Virus record (IMG/VR): IMGVR_UViG_3300004481_000333
Span: 21,414 to 85,413 of that record
Source of the DNA: a virus
Direction: 5' to 3' (one strand)
Length of the DNA: 64,000 nucleotides
Made by a program: the position numbers and the translations under genes. Positions 8,858 through 18,474 of this stretch are shown here, in pieces. Positions within the stretch are counted from its first letter, which is position 1. Each line of letters opens with the position of its first letter. A model generated the notes under the pieces. That model searched no databases. It was not told the origin of the DNA and worked only from the letters and a program-made list of their open reading frames with translations.

Positions 8858-9172
8858 ATGACCTTCCGCTTCAGCCGGATCGGCGTCCTCATTGCCCAGA
8901 ACCCGCCCCAGGCCGCCCGTGAACTCGAGCGCCTGTTCACCCGCTACGGAACCCGTCGCGCCGTGGCACACGCGATCCCTTGCAGCCCCGAGACCATACG
9001 CCGCTGGATCCAAGCTCTTCAGCACCTCGGCCTGGAGGTCCAGAACCGACACGGGCCCGGTCGCCCTCCCAAGCCAATCCCAGCGCCACCACGCAAGCGA
9101 CGAACCAAAACTGGGCCCAAGGCCGGCCCCTTCAGCGATCCGGCCCCGCGTGGTCCCGAAAAATCGACCTAA
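8858..9172 (+). CDS. helix-turn-helix protein
   Basis: RRAVAHAIPCSPETIRRWI. Confidence 0.65.
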   Translation: MTFRFSRIGVLIAQNPPQAARELERLFTRYGTRRAVAHAIPCSPETIRRWIQALQHLGLEVQNRHGPGRPPKPIPAPPRKRRTKTGPKAGPFSDPAPRGPEKST

Positions 9173-9299
9173 AAATCGACCTCGCAGCCGTTTCGCTGCG
9201 GTCCCGCCACCACCAATCTGGCCGAAAAGCGGACCTGAACCTGGCAGAAGTTGCCCAAAGCTGGCGCCCGTCCGGAGAGCATACGTGAGGGGATAGAAA

Positions 9300-9704
9300 G
9301 TGGCGAAGCCCCAAGGTCCGGAGAAGGCGTCGTTCCGCCAGCTTTCCAAGCGAATGCCTACGTGGAAGCTTGAGAAGGCTCACGAAATGCGTCTGAATCA
9401 GACGCTTACGGAACGTATTCTGTGGCATCGGCTGAGAGCCCGAAAACTGGGAGTGAAGTTTCGGCGTCAAGTACCGTTGCTCGGTTACATCGCAGACTTC
9501 GCAAGTCTTAGGGAACGAATTGTTGTCGAGGTCGACGGCAAGACTCACGATGACCAAGTTGACTACGATGCCAACCGTGACGACGCAATGCGTCGATTCG
9601 GCATCAAGGTAGTACGGATCCCTTCGTGGTTGATCTTGTCGAATCCGGAAGGAGCCGTGCGGATCATCCAGAACGCCATCAAAGATCGGAGTCTGGACTC
9701 CTGA
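9300..9704 (+). CDS. DUF559 / Vsr-like endonuclease
   Basis: TERILW, KFRRQ, YIADF, VEVDGKTH, YDANRD. Confidence 0.85.
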   Translation: MAKPQGPEKASFRQLSKRMPTWKLEKAHEMRLNQTLTERILWHRLRARKLGVKFRRQVPLLGYIADFASLRERIVVEVDGKTHDDQVDYDANRDDAMRRFGIKVVRIPSWLILSNPEGAVRIIQNAIKDRSLDS

Positions 9705-10149
9705 CAGGTATCCAGACTCTGCTGGCCGGATCGGTCTGTCAACAGAAAAGCGACACAACCGAATTTTGACGCTTGGCTGTTTGGCCTACGGTACGCAGAG
9801 TCTGCGAGCCTCTTCCACCTCCCCAGCGGAACCACCTGAAAGCTCGCGATGGCGGCAACGACACTACCGGCTGGGAGTAGGGCTAACTCCGGCCAGCCAG
9901 ATCGGGTCCAGACTCCCCGCACCCGACTAGGGGACCGCGACCCACAATCTTGGGACGTCGTGCCTGACCAATACTGGGACAGGTTGCTCCGATTGATGGC
10001 GCTCCTGCCTCCGGCGCAGGAGGAAGACGGGCCGGATCCGGAGCCGTTCGTCTAGGGACGAATGTAGGCCGGCCGGAAGCACTAGATTCCGCGCATTTGT
10101 GCGCGAAACCCCGGGTGACGACCCGGGATCTACCAGAAAGGGATTCCCA

Positions 10150-10227
10150 ATGGTAGCTCGAAAGTTCTCTACCCGCGCTGGTGGCGGCAGGATCAAGTTC
10201 CGAGCCGGTCTCGGCGGAGCAGGCTGA
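10150..10227 (+). CDS. 25-aa basic peptide ending LGGAG
   Basis: AAGGGA RBS; MVARKFSTRAGGGRIKFRAGLGGAG*. Confidence 0.65.
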   Translation: MVARKFSTRAGGGRIKFRAGLGGAG

Positions 10228-10230
10228 GGC

Positions 10231-10356
10231 GTGGCCATCTCGGTGCCTGCCGTGACCGGGATGCTGGTGAGCCAGGGCGCGCGGAACATAGCGCGCCTTG
10301 GCAGAAGCCAGGCGGCCCGTGGGCGTTTTAGTGCTTGGCTTGGCGGGTCTGGCTGA
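10231..10356 (+). CDS. 41-aa basic peptide ending LGGSG
   Basis: GTG start; ...ARGRFSAWLGGSG*, same C-terminal motif as previous peptide. Confidence 0.6.
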   Translation: MAISVPAVTGMLVSQGARNIARLGRSQAARGRFSAWLGGSG

Positions 10357-10358
10357 GC

Positions 10359-11057
10359 GTGCGGGCTCTAGAGTCGACATTACACCAACTAGAGGAGGCA
10401 CGTCGCGGTAGTGCCGCGTGCCTTCTGGCCTTCAGTGGCGGCAAGGACTCGCTGTGCTGTGGGGAACTGGCGCATCGCGTGTTTGAACGCGTTGAGGGGT
10501 TCTTCATGTACCTCATTCCGGGCATGGAATGTGTGGAAGAGGCGCTGGAGGTTGGGCGCAAGCGATGGGGGATGCAGATTCGGCAGTATCCGCACTGGGT
10601 ATTGAGCAAGCTGTTGAACTCGGGCGTCTACCGGTTGACGCACGATCTCGACACCCGGTTGTTTGATAAGCAGTTTCCAGATCTAAAGCTGAAGGACATC
10701 TACGCGCTGGCTCGAGCAGATTCTGGGATTCAGCTTCTCATGACTGGGGCTAAGAAGGCGGACTCGATTTGGCGGCGCAAGATGCTAGGCAACTGGGGCA
10801 GTCAGGAAGACGTGCTGTATCCACTGATCGAGTGGAGCAAGGTGGACGTCTTGGCTTTCATGAAGGCCAACGATCTACCGGAGCCCAGTAGTTCGGAGAA
10901 GAACGCGACGGGAATCGATTTGACTCCTGCGTCGCTCTTGTGGCTACACGACCAGCATCCCCGGGACTTCGCGCGGCTCTGTGAGGTGTTCCCATTGGCG
11001 GAGGCGATAGTGTGGCATCGGAAGTTCTATGGCGGCGAAGAAGCATCGGCAGCCTGA
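10359..11057 (+). CDS. PAPS-reductase-like PP-loop protein
   Basis: AFSGGKDS, GAKKADSIWRR, YPLIEWSKVDV; no C-terminal ECGLH. Confidence 0.85.
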   Translation: MRALESTLHQLEEARRGSAACLLAFSGGKDSLCCGELAHRVFERVEGFFMYLIPGMECVEEALEVGRKRWGMQIRQYPHWVLSKLLNSGVYRLTHDLDTRLFDKQFPDLKLKDIYALARADSGIQLLMTGAKKADSIWRRKMLGNWGSQEDVLYPLIEWSKVDVLAFMKANDLPEPSSSEKNATGIDLTPASLLWLHDQHPRDFARLCEVFPLAEAIVWHRKFYGGEEASAA

Positions 11058-11796
11058 ACCGGCATCAGAACCGGTTGTGGAAGAGGCGGCCGTACTGCAT
11101 CCGCTTCAGCGTTTCGAGTTCGTGACGATTCATCGGCGCGACATCCAGAAGGCGCCGTACAATCCTTGTCGCATCACCGATAAGGCGCGCGAACAGCTGC
11201 GTATCAGTCTGGAGAAGAACGGGTTGGTGGAAGGGCTGGTGTGGAACGTGCGCACCGGAAACCTTGTGGGAGGACACCAGCGGCTGGAAGAGTTGGACGG
11301 GTATTTTGGGTCCGACAACTATCTACTGACGGTCTGCAAAAACGACGTGTCGGAAGCGAAGGAAGTAGAACTCAACGTCGCATTGAACAACGAGGCTACC
11401 CAGGGCGAATGGGTTCCTGAGTCACTGAAGGTTTTGCTGCAGCGCAAGGACGTAGACCACGCCGCCATGGGGTACGATACCGCGGATGTCTTCACGATGT
11501 TCGGAGGATCCGTCTTCAACGGACCACAGGCAGCTGAGCAACTGGAGAAGCTGGCTGATCGCTTGAAGGACACCCAGGCGGCCTATGACAAGATCGTCAA
11601 AAAAGACGCCGGCAAAAGCGAGAAGGACGACGACCAGTACTACATGGTGATCGTTTTCCGAAACACGCGCGACCGTTTGGACTTCAGCGAGCAACTCGGG
11701 CTCGAGGAAGGGCGTCTGTACGTGTCGGGGACGCAGATGCGAGGCCTGTTCAAGCTTGTGGCGAAGCAACCAAGCGAAGATGCGGCAGCGGAGTAG
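11029..11796 (+). CDS. ParB/Srx-like N-terminal domain protein
   Basis: PYNP, GLVEGLVWNVRTGNLVGGHQRL. Confidence 0.85.
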   Translation: MAAKKHRQPEPASEPVVEEAAVLHPLQRFEFVTIHRRDIQKAPYNPCRITDKAREQLRISLEKNGLVEGLVWNVRTGNLVGGHQRLEELDGYFGSDNYLLTVCKNDVSEAKEVELNVALNNEATQGEWVPESLKVLLQRKDVDHAAMGYDTADVFTMFGGSVFNGPQAAEQLEKLADRLKDTQAAYDKIVKKDAGKSEKDDDQYYMVIVFRNTRDRLDFSEQLGLEEGRLYVSGTQMRGLFKLVAKQPSEDAAAE

Positions 11797-11799
11797 TGG

Positions 11800-12420
11800 A
11801 TGCCTCCCAGTGACATGGACCCTCCGAAAAGGAACGGAGGACAGAAACCAAAGCTCAACAAGGCGTTGACCGAAAAACTGTGCAAGCTCGTGAGCAGCGG
11901 GATCCCCAAGACCACGGCGGCCGGTACGGTAGGGATTCATTCCATCACGCTCTACCAGTGGCAACAGAAGGGCCGCGCTCATCTCGAGAAGGGTGAGCAA
12001 TCCCGTTACAGCAACTTCGTGGAGCAGCTGTACCAGGCCGAAAGCATCGCACGCGCCACCATCTTCGCACAGTGGCAACAGTGCTCCCGATACAACAGGG
12101 GTTCCCCAACTGTCATCCAGATCGATGAAAAAGGAAAGCAGAAGGTCCTGGAAAAGGGCGTTCCAAGCGGACCAGAAGGCGACTGGCGTTCGTATCGAGA
12201 AATGCTGCGTTGCATGGACCCGGACAACTGGGCCGAACGGGTCAAGACCGAGCTCACGGGTAAGGATGGTGGACCTGTGCGGGTAGAGAAAACATCCCCC
12301 GCTGCCCTTGCGGCCGAGGCGCGCAAGCTCATTGCCGAGACGTTCCGATCTGGTGACTCGACTCAGCAGACGGAAAACACAGATTCGGAACCAGAAGATC
12401 CGGACGAAGGGGAAAAATGA
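11800..12420 (+). CDS. terS: terminase small subunit
   Basis: N-term HTH, ELTGKDGGPV motif, upstream of terL. Confidence 0.7.
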   Translation: MPPSDMDPPKRNGGQKPKLNKALTEKLCKLVSSGIPKTTAAGTVGIHSITLYQWQQKGRAHLEKGEQSRYSNFVEQLYQAESIARATIFAQWQQCSRYNRGSPTVIQIDEKGKQKVLEKGVPSGPEGDWRSYREMLRCMDPDNWAERVKTELTGKDGGPVRVEKTSPAALAAEARKLIAETFRSGDSTQQTENTDSEPEDPDEGEK

Positions 12421-12698
12421 ACCAAGAAGCCGAAGCTACGGAAACCGTGAGTTCGGGCGGAGTACCTGGGAAGACGCATCAAATCTCAGCTATGGTCTTG
12501 AGAGTTGGCGGTAGATGCTTCATGAAGTTCTCCATGAACTACACCCCGGAATCGAAAGACTTCGAGGTGCGCTTCGCCATCTCGGACGACCCGATCAACT
12601 CTAACGATGGAGTCTCATGGCGCATCAGCGAATCTGAGATGAAGCAGATCCTGGCCAACGCGGCGGCGCTTGATGCAATGGCCGTTGCCACAGAGTAA
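12417..12698 (+). CDS. hypothetical protein
   Basis: Coupled ORF. Confidence 0.55.
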   Translation: MNQEAEATETVSSGGVPGKTHQISAMVLRVGGRCFMKFSMNYTPESKDFEVRFAISDDPINSNDGVSWRISESEMKQILANAAALDAMAVATE

Positions 12699-12706
12699 CC
12701 ACCCCC

Positions 12707-13195
12707 ATGCCCGCGAACCTGATCGACACCCTGAACGAGATCCTGGCGGCCGAGCGGGTCGCGGAGGACCAGTACCGCCTGCAGAGCAAGCTGGCGGATA
12801 TTCAGGGGTACTCCAGGCTCGCGACCAAGTTCGCGGAAGAGCAACAGGAAGAGTCGGGGCACGCGGACCGCGTTGTGGCCCGGATCGACTTCTTGAGGGG
12901 ATCCCCAGTGCCGTTTGGTCCAACACCAACTGTGCCGCGTGAGCTCCCCAACCTAGAGCAGGTGGGCGCGACCCCAGAGGCCATGCTGGCTGCCAACAAG
13001 GCGGCGGAGCTGCGTGCCATCGCGCTCTACAACGGCGCAATCGAGCTCACGCTATCGCTGAAGGACCACGGAACCAGACTCGTCCTGGAGCCAAACCTGC
13101 GGGACGAGGAGCAACATCTCCTGTGGGTGGAACAGCAGCTATCGCTCATCCAGTCGTTGGGCGTCGAGAACTGGCGCCAAACGCTGGTGGTATAG
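12707..13195 (+). CDS. bfr: bacterioferritin-like protein
   Basis: LNEILAAE..A.DQY, EESGHAD, E..AIALYN, DEEQH..W.EQQL.LI..LGVEN. Confidence 0.85.
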   Translation: MPANLIDTLNEILAAERVAEDQYRLQSKLADIQGYSRLATKFAEEQQEESGHADRVVARIDFLRGSPVPFGPTPTVPRELPNLEQVGATPEAMLAANKAAELRAIALYNGAIELTLSLKDHGTRLVLEPNLRDEEQHLLWVEQQLSLIQSLGVENWRQTLVV

Positions 13196-13209
13196 GTGAG
13201 GAGGACTCC

Positions 13210-13368
13210 GTGCCGTTCAAGTCACAAGCACAACGCGGATTCATGTACGTCCATCACCCCAAGCTCGCGAAGAAGTTCGAGAAGGAGACGCCCAAAGGCA
13301 AGCTCCCCGAACACGTGAAGCCCAAGAAGGGTGGATCGGGAAGCAAGCCGGGCCGGAAGCGATTCTGA
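13210..13368 (+). CDS. small basic phage protein (MPFKS-type)
   Basis: GAGGA RBS; PFKSQAQRGFMYVHHPKLAKKF. Confidence 0.7.
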   Translation: MPFKSQAQRGFMYVHHPKLAKKFEKETPKGKLPEHVKPKKGGSGSKPGRKRF

Positions 13369-13390
13369 GAAAACTGAAAGGGGCACGAAT

Positions 13391-13741
13391 ATGCAACTTG
13401 AGTGGAATGCTCAACAAATCGAGTGGGATGAAAATCAGCAAGTGATCACGAAGTGGTACGCTACGATTGCTGGTCCCGATATGATGAGCGGGACAGTGGG
13501 TGTTGTGCTGTCCGGGGTCATTGCAGAGAGAGCGCGAAAGCAAGGAAAGCACTTGCCAGGGTTCATGCGCGAAATTCAGCGCAAGCAGTTCGCAGCTGGA
13601 ATCAAAGACTTGTTCAGTGATTCGGGGGCGCCTGTCGACATGCTACGAGAGCCATTCGCGTCTCTGGATGACGCTAAGGCCGGAGTCTTGGCTGCATTGC
13701 AGGCTCAGTACCACCAAAGAGCCAAAGGGGTATTCCAATGA
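13391..13741 (+). CDS. hypothetical protein
   Basis: AAGGGG RBS. Confidence 0.55.
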   Translation: MQLEWNAQQIEWDENQQVITKWYATIAGPDMMSGTVGVVLSGVIAERARKQGKHLPGFMREIQRKQFAAGIKDLFSDSGAPVDMLREPFASLDDAKAGVLAALQAQYHQRAKGVFQ

Positions 13742-14232
13742 TCGTGCTCGATGAGGTTCATGTTCAGTCAGCGGAGCAAGCGAAGAAAACCTGGGAAGCT
13801 GCAGAGACGCTCAATCCATACGACGCCAAGGTGACGTCCAGCAACAAGCTTCCCGAAGCTCCGAAGAAGAAAGAGCGGTCCACCGAGCAGCCGTATCCAA
13901 TCGACACTTCCAAGATCGATGCAAAGCAGCGCGAATTCTGGGGACGAGAGGGCTGGCACAAGACCCAGGCTAGGCTCGTCCGAGACGTCGCCGTCATCAT
14001 CGGAGCCCGCGTGCCAGAGGCTACTTCCATGGCGTTCAGGACAGAGTCGTGGGCAGGCTATTGCCCCATGATGTGCGTCCTGTGCCCCAATGGTATCAGT
14101 ATAGCTTCCCACGACATGGCTCAGCTTCTGGCTGAACGGAATGGCATCGTTTTCTTTTGGACCGACGACGAGGACGCGGCCGACTTCGAGATCCAACTCC
14201 GGGAGCCGCGCTCCGTCGCCAAGAGGCCGTGA
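13738..14232 (+). CDS. hypothetical protein
   Basis: ATGA-coupled ORF. Confidence 0.55.
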   Translation: MIVLDEVHVQSAEQAKKTWEAAETLNPYDAKVTSSNKLPEAPKKKERSTEQPYPIDTSKIDAKQREFWGREGWHKTQARLVRDVAVIIGARVPEATSMAFRTESWAGYCPMMCVLCPNGISIASHDMAQLLAERNGIVFFWTDDEDAADFEIQLREPRSVAKRP

Positions 14233-14678
14233 TGGCCCACCAGAGCAGAGACCTAAGGAACCGTCAGCAGTATGGGGTGAGGACGAATCCTGCCCCAGCG
14301 GTTCGGCCACCGGATGTCCAGGCGGCACCAAAGGCCCCTGAGCCCTCTACTGTGACCCAGCCAGCGGCCCCGCCGCGTGTGGAGATCGAGACGAGCAAAG
14401 CTTCCGAGACTCCGGCACGTCCAGCGGTCACGAAACCTGTTCCTCAGGCGAGATCAACACGGTCAATATCTCCAAAGCCTTCCACCGTCGAGGAACCGCG
14501 TTTCCGCTTTGGAGGCCCGGTAAAACATGTGCTTCGTCGTGACATCGCGGGGTTCATCACCGTGTCGAAGTACGGGCCGAACGGGAACACGCGACACGAC
14601 CACTACTTCGAGTTCGATCCCATGACGGGCAAGGTGGGCCAGGAGATTCTGCTAGATCGAATCGATGATTCATACTAG
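14232..14678 (+). CDS. Pro-rich hypothetical protein
   Basis: TGATG-coupled ORF. Confidence 0.5.
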   Translation: MAHQSRDLRNRQQYGVRTNPAPAVRPPDVQAAPKAPEPSTVTQPAAPPRVEIETSKASETPARPAVTKPVPQARSTRSISPKPSTVEEPRFRFGGPVKHVLRRDIAGFITVSKYGPNGNTRHDHYFEFDPMTGKVGQEILLDRIDDSY

Positions 14679-14752
14679 GGGCGCAATCACATTGGGACGC
14701 GAGTCCCCATCCTCCCGCGACGCCGGCGGACAATCGGGCGAACGAGGATCAG

Positions 14753-16093
14753 ATGTTCCTGCGCTCTGCAGACGACAACGCACACGAACGCGTGCGCGAC
14801 ATACTGCTCAAGACATATGACCGAGAACTGCCACAGGAAGCCGCAGCTCTGGAGGCTTGGTCCAGCACGTTTCACCGATATCAGCTCCGGTGGCTCTTTG
14901 AGCCCGCTCGGTATGCCATCTTCAACAAGTGCCGACAAATCGGTGGTACCTACACGATTGCGGCCTGGACGCTACTGCGCGCTGCCTATTTCGCACAACC
15001 GAACTATATTGTATCGAAGGGCGAGGACGAAGGCCTGATCGCGCTAGAATATGCGCGAAAGCACGCGGAAGTTCTGGGCGTACTGGGGTCCAGATTGGTC
15101 CAAGTCACGCGAGCGCGAGCCACATCCTTGGAGTTTGCCAGCGGAGGCATGATTGATGTTCGACCCTCGACATCCGGTGCTCGCGGATATCACGGGAACG
15201 TAGTCCTGGATGAGTTTGCGTACCATCAGCACCCAGATCTGGTGTGGGAATCAGCAGCGGGAGCGACATTCCACGGCTACGACCTGAGAATGCTAAGCAC
15301 CCCAAACGGGATAGGAAATCAGTTCCACGGCTTCTGGAAAGATAAGAAGAAGTCGCGGGACTGGGCAGGACATTCTGTCACGGTTTGGGATGCGCAGCGC
15401 GACGGAATGCAGGTAGATCTTGACCACTGTCGGAAGATGGCGCGCGGTGACAAGCGCCTATTCGGGCAGATGTTCGAGTGCAAGTTCCTGGACGCTGACG
15501 ACCAGTACTTGCCGACCGACCTCCTGCAGGACGCCCAGCAGGACATGATCTGGACGAGCAATGGCGCGACCTATGCCGGGCTCGACATCGGATCCACTGT
15601 GGATCGGACAGAGCTTGTGGTTGTGCGTGTCACGCCGGACGGAACCCGCAACGTCATCGCGACACAAACGTGCAAACGTACAGAATATGGCGACTTGGTT
15701 CGACTCGTCGAGACAGCGCTACATCAACATCGATGCGTTCGTATTTGCATCGACGCGACCGGAATCGGCATTTTCCCAGCGCAGCAGCTCCAGGCCCACT
15801 TCGGTCGCACGAAGGTGGAACCAGTCATGTTCACAGCGTCGGTCAAGGAAGAGCTGGCGGGCGTGCTGTTCCAGGTGCTGCAAGATCGAAAACTGAAGCT
15901 ACCGCCGGACGACGAGCAGATGTTCGACGACCTCTGCTCCTTGCGTCGCATCGTGACGACCGCGGGTAACATCCGGTACGACGCGCCACACACGGATGAG
16001 GGTCACGCTGATAAAGCGTGGGCCCTGGCTCTGGCCCTCCACGCTTGCGCAAAACCCATCAGCTACCGCCACGAGAGCGAAACCAGCAGATAG
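14753..16093 (+). CDS. terL: terminase large subunit (Mu gp28-like)
   Basis: KCRQIGGT Walker A, VVLDEFA Walker B, STPNG, GLDIG and IDATG nuclease, HADKAWALAL. Confidence 0.95.
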   Translation: MFLRSADDNAHERVRDILLKTYDRELPQEAAALEAWSSTFHRYQLRWLFEPARYAIFNKCRQIGGTYTIAAWTLLRAAYFAQPNYIVSKGEDEGLIALEYARKHAEVLGVLGSRLVQVTRARATSLEFASGGMIDVRPSTSGARGYHGNVVLDEFAYHQHPDLVWESAAGATFHGYDLRMLSTPNGIGNQFHGFWKDKKKSRDWAGHSVTVWDAQRDGMQVDLDHCRKMARGDKRLFGQMFECKFLDADDQYLPTDLLQDAQQDMIWTSNGATYAGLDIGSTVDRTELVVVRVTPDGTRNVIATQTCKRTEYGDLVRLVETALHQHRCVRICIDATGIGIFPAQQLQAHFGRTKVEPVMFTASVKEELAGVLFQVLQDRKLKLPPDDEQMFDDLCSLRRIVTTAGNIRYDAPHTDEGHADKAWALALALHACAKPISYRHESETSR

Positions 16094-16099
16094 AGCCCA

Positions 16100-17899
16100 A
16101 TGGCAGACGACGCAGGACTGGATCGAGCGCATCATACCGCTCAAAAGTACCTGACGCCACGCTATCGGCATCTCGACAAGCTGAAGCGCTACGTCAAGGG
16201 TACGCAGTACAGCCACCTGAAGGACTGGTGGGATGATTGCCCCCTGTGGGAAAAGGCCCCGTGTCTCGTCTACCCTGTTGCCGATCTCGCAATCGGGTCG
16301 AACAAGGAACTGCTGCTTGGGGATGAGCGGTTTCCCACGATCACAAGCCGACCCGAGCAGGACGAGAAGGACGAGGGGCTAGACGAGCAGTCGAGCGCGG
16401 AATTGGACAAGCTGATCAAGAAGATTGAGAAGCAAGTCCGGTTCAAAGCCAGATGCCGACAAGCGTTCGAATCTGCTCAGGGGACGTGTGACGCCATCGC
16501 GATCCTGGGCGCACGTCGCGGAAAACTGTTCATCGAAATCCAATCCCCGAAGCGCTGCACGCCCACGTTTGACGCCAACGGAGATGTCGCTCGTCTAGAA
16601 ATACGATACCCGTTCTTGCGCAAGGACAGCCAGAACCAGTGGCAGTGCTACTTGTACAGAAGGGTCATCAATGATCAGCTGGATATCCTGTACCAAGAGG
16701 CGATTGGGAACCCCGATGGGACTGAACCTGGGTGGACGGTAAAGCAGAAAGTGCCCCATGGCTTCGGCTTTTGCCCCGTAATCTGGCACAAGAACTCGGA
16801 GTCCGAGGACGACGATGTCACTCAGTTCGATGGCCATGCGATTCATGAAAACGTGCTGGGTGAGATTGATGGACTGAACTACACGATCTCGCAACGACAC
16901 CGCGCCGTCCTGTACTGCGGAGACCCGCAGGTTGTGGAAATCGGGGTGGAGCCTGGCTATAGCCCGACCGAAGTCGCGACCCAGAACATGGTTGAGGCCA
17001 CACTCGATGGAGGACTGGCGACGGGACCTGATGGCGGCAACCCGCAGATTGGATCCTACGGACCGAAGTGCCGACGCAGCAAACTCGCTGGAGGGCGCAA
17101 GAAGGGCCCCGGGTACCCGTGGCAATACGCTGACCCAAACGTCAAGGTGTTCTACCTGACCCTACCCCCTGAAGCCCTGAAGGCCGTTTTCGACCACTGT
17201 GAGGACCTGTACAGCAAGCTTTGCGACTCCATGGCGGTCGTGATCCCGGGGCCTCAGATGGGGAAGCTCCTGCAGGTAATCACGGGCAAGGGCATCGAGG
17301 CCCTGAGGGCCAAGCAGCTGGATCGGTGCGACGGATACCGCGACGACTTCGGTGACGGCTTCATCCTGCGCGCGATCGACATGCTGCTAAGGATCGCTTA
17401 CCAGTTGGGTAGTCAGAGCCCGAATACTTTGCCTGGACTCGTGGGCCTCGATTCAGCGCTGCAAATACTGCAGAAGTCCGCCATCGGTGGCGATGGAATC
17501 TGGATGGGACCGCGCCTGACGCTCAAGTGGGGCAACTACTTCCGTCCCGACGCGGAAGACGAGCAAAAGACGGTTGCGACTGCGAACGATTCGAGGTCTC
17601 TCACGACGCTGCGCAGCAAGGTGCAGAAGATCGCGCCCACGTTCGGCATCGAAGACCCCGATGCTTACCTGAAAGACCTGGAGAAGGAAAATGCGGACCG
17701 CGAGGCCAAGGAGGCCCTGCGGATGCATGAACTCCAGAAGACGCTAGTCCCAAAGGAAAAGCCTGGTGAAGGAAGATCAAGAAACCCAGCAGTTCCTGAG
17801 GGAGGAGGCGAAAACGAATCGTCGCCGTCAGGCCCTGGTGGCGGCGGTCCTGCTGCTGCTAAAGCGTCGGGGAAGAAAGCTCGCGAAGCAGCAGATTGA
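16100..17899 (+). CDS. portal protein
   Basis: 599 aa after terL; HGFGFCPVIW motif. Confidence 0.8.
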   Translation: MADDAGLDRAHHTAQKYLTPRYRHLDKLKRYVKGTQYSHLKDWWDDCPLWEKAPCLVYPVADLAIGSNKELLLGDERFPTITSRPEQDEKDEGLDEQSSAELDKLIKKIEKQVRFKARCRQAFESAQGTCDAIAILGARRGKLFIEIQSPKRCTPTFDANGDVARLEIRYPFLRKDSQNQWQCYLYRRVINDQLDILYQEAIGNPDGTEPGWTVKQKVPHGFGFCPVIWHKNSESEDDDVTQFDGHAIHENVLGEIDGLNYTISQRHRAVLYCGDPQVVEIGVEPGYSPTEVATQNMVEATLDGGLATGPDGGNPQIGSYGPKCRRSKLAGGRKKGPGYPWQYADPNVKVFYLTLPPEALKAVFDHCEDLYSKLCDSMAVVIPGPQMGKLLQVITGKGIEALRAKQLDRCDGYRDDFGDGFILRAIDMLLRIAYQLGSQSPNTLPGLVGLDSALQILQKSAIGGDGIWMGPRLTLKWGNYFRPDAEDEQKTVATANDSRSLTTLRSKVQKIAPTFGIEDPDAYLKDLEKENADREAKEALRMHELQKTLVPKEKPGEGRSRNPAVPEGGGENESSPSGPGGGGPAAAKASGKKAREAAD

Positions 17900-18440
17900 T
17901 CCCATGCAGGCGCTGGCTCAGCTGGCGCGCGATTTGCGAGACTACATCTATCTTGGGCGCCGCGAGGCACGCAGGATCGCGATCGAGACACTGGAACGCG
18001 AGCTCAAGGCTGCGGGATATCAGGGCCGGATCAACTGGTCCGGAATCTTGAGCGAGAACGCGGACCTGGACGACGCCACAGGCGCTGGGCGCGGATACCT
18101 CGGCATCGTGTGGAAGCGGTACGAGGAAAACAGAGCGCACGGACTCGACGAGCAAGAGTCGATCTTGACTGCACTCAAGGATTCGGATCGACGCCTAAAG
18201 GTTGTGGCGGCGACATCGGTCCTGGCCGCGTTTGCGGAAGAACGCACGGAAGTGCAGGAGCAGATCGCCCCGGAGGCGGGACTCATCCAGGTCTGGAACG
18301 TCTCGTGGTGCAAAGGAACGTGCGCCACGTGCGCAAGCCTGGACGGGACTTGGCGCCCCCTTGGTTGGCAGTTCCCTTACGGGCCCCCAACGCTGCACCC
18401 GAATTGCGGCTGCTACATCGACTTAGTTCCGGCCAGTTAG
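17766..18440 (+). CDS. minor head morphogenesis protein (Mu F / SPP1 gp7-like)
   Basis: C-term CATC..LDG...PPTLHPNCGC. Confidence 0.8.
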   Translation: MKEDQETQQFLREEAKTNRRRQALVAAVLLLLKRRGRKLAKQQIDPMQALAQLARDLRDYIYLGRREARRIAIETLERELKAAGYQGRINWSGILSENADLDDATGAGRGYLGIVWKRYEENRAHGLDEQESILTALKDSDRRLKVVAATSVLAAFAEERTEVQEQIAPEAGLIQVWNVSWCKGTCATCASLDGTWRPLGWQFPYGPPTLHPNCGCYIDLVPAS

Positions 18441-18474
18441 GCGAGCGCCCTCGCGGCCTAGACAAGGACCCCCA

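Noticed and set aside
10359-11057. cysH as an auxiliary sulfur metabolism gene
   Set aside because: Lacks the catalytic C-terminal Cys motif; ParB and peptide context point elsewhere
17766-17899. 134-bp portal/minor head overlap
   Set aside because: Overlap covers a low-complexity portal tail; common in phages
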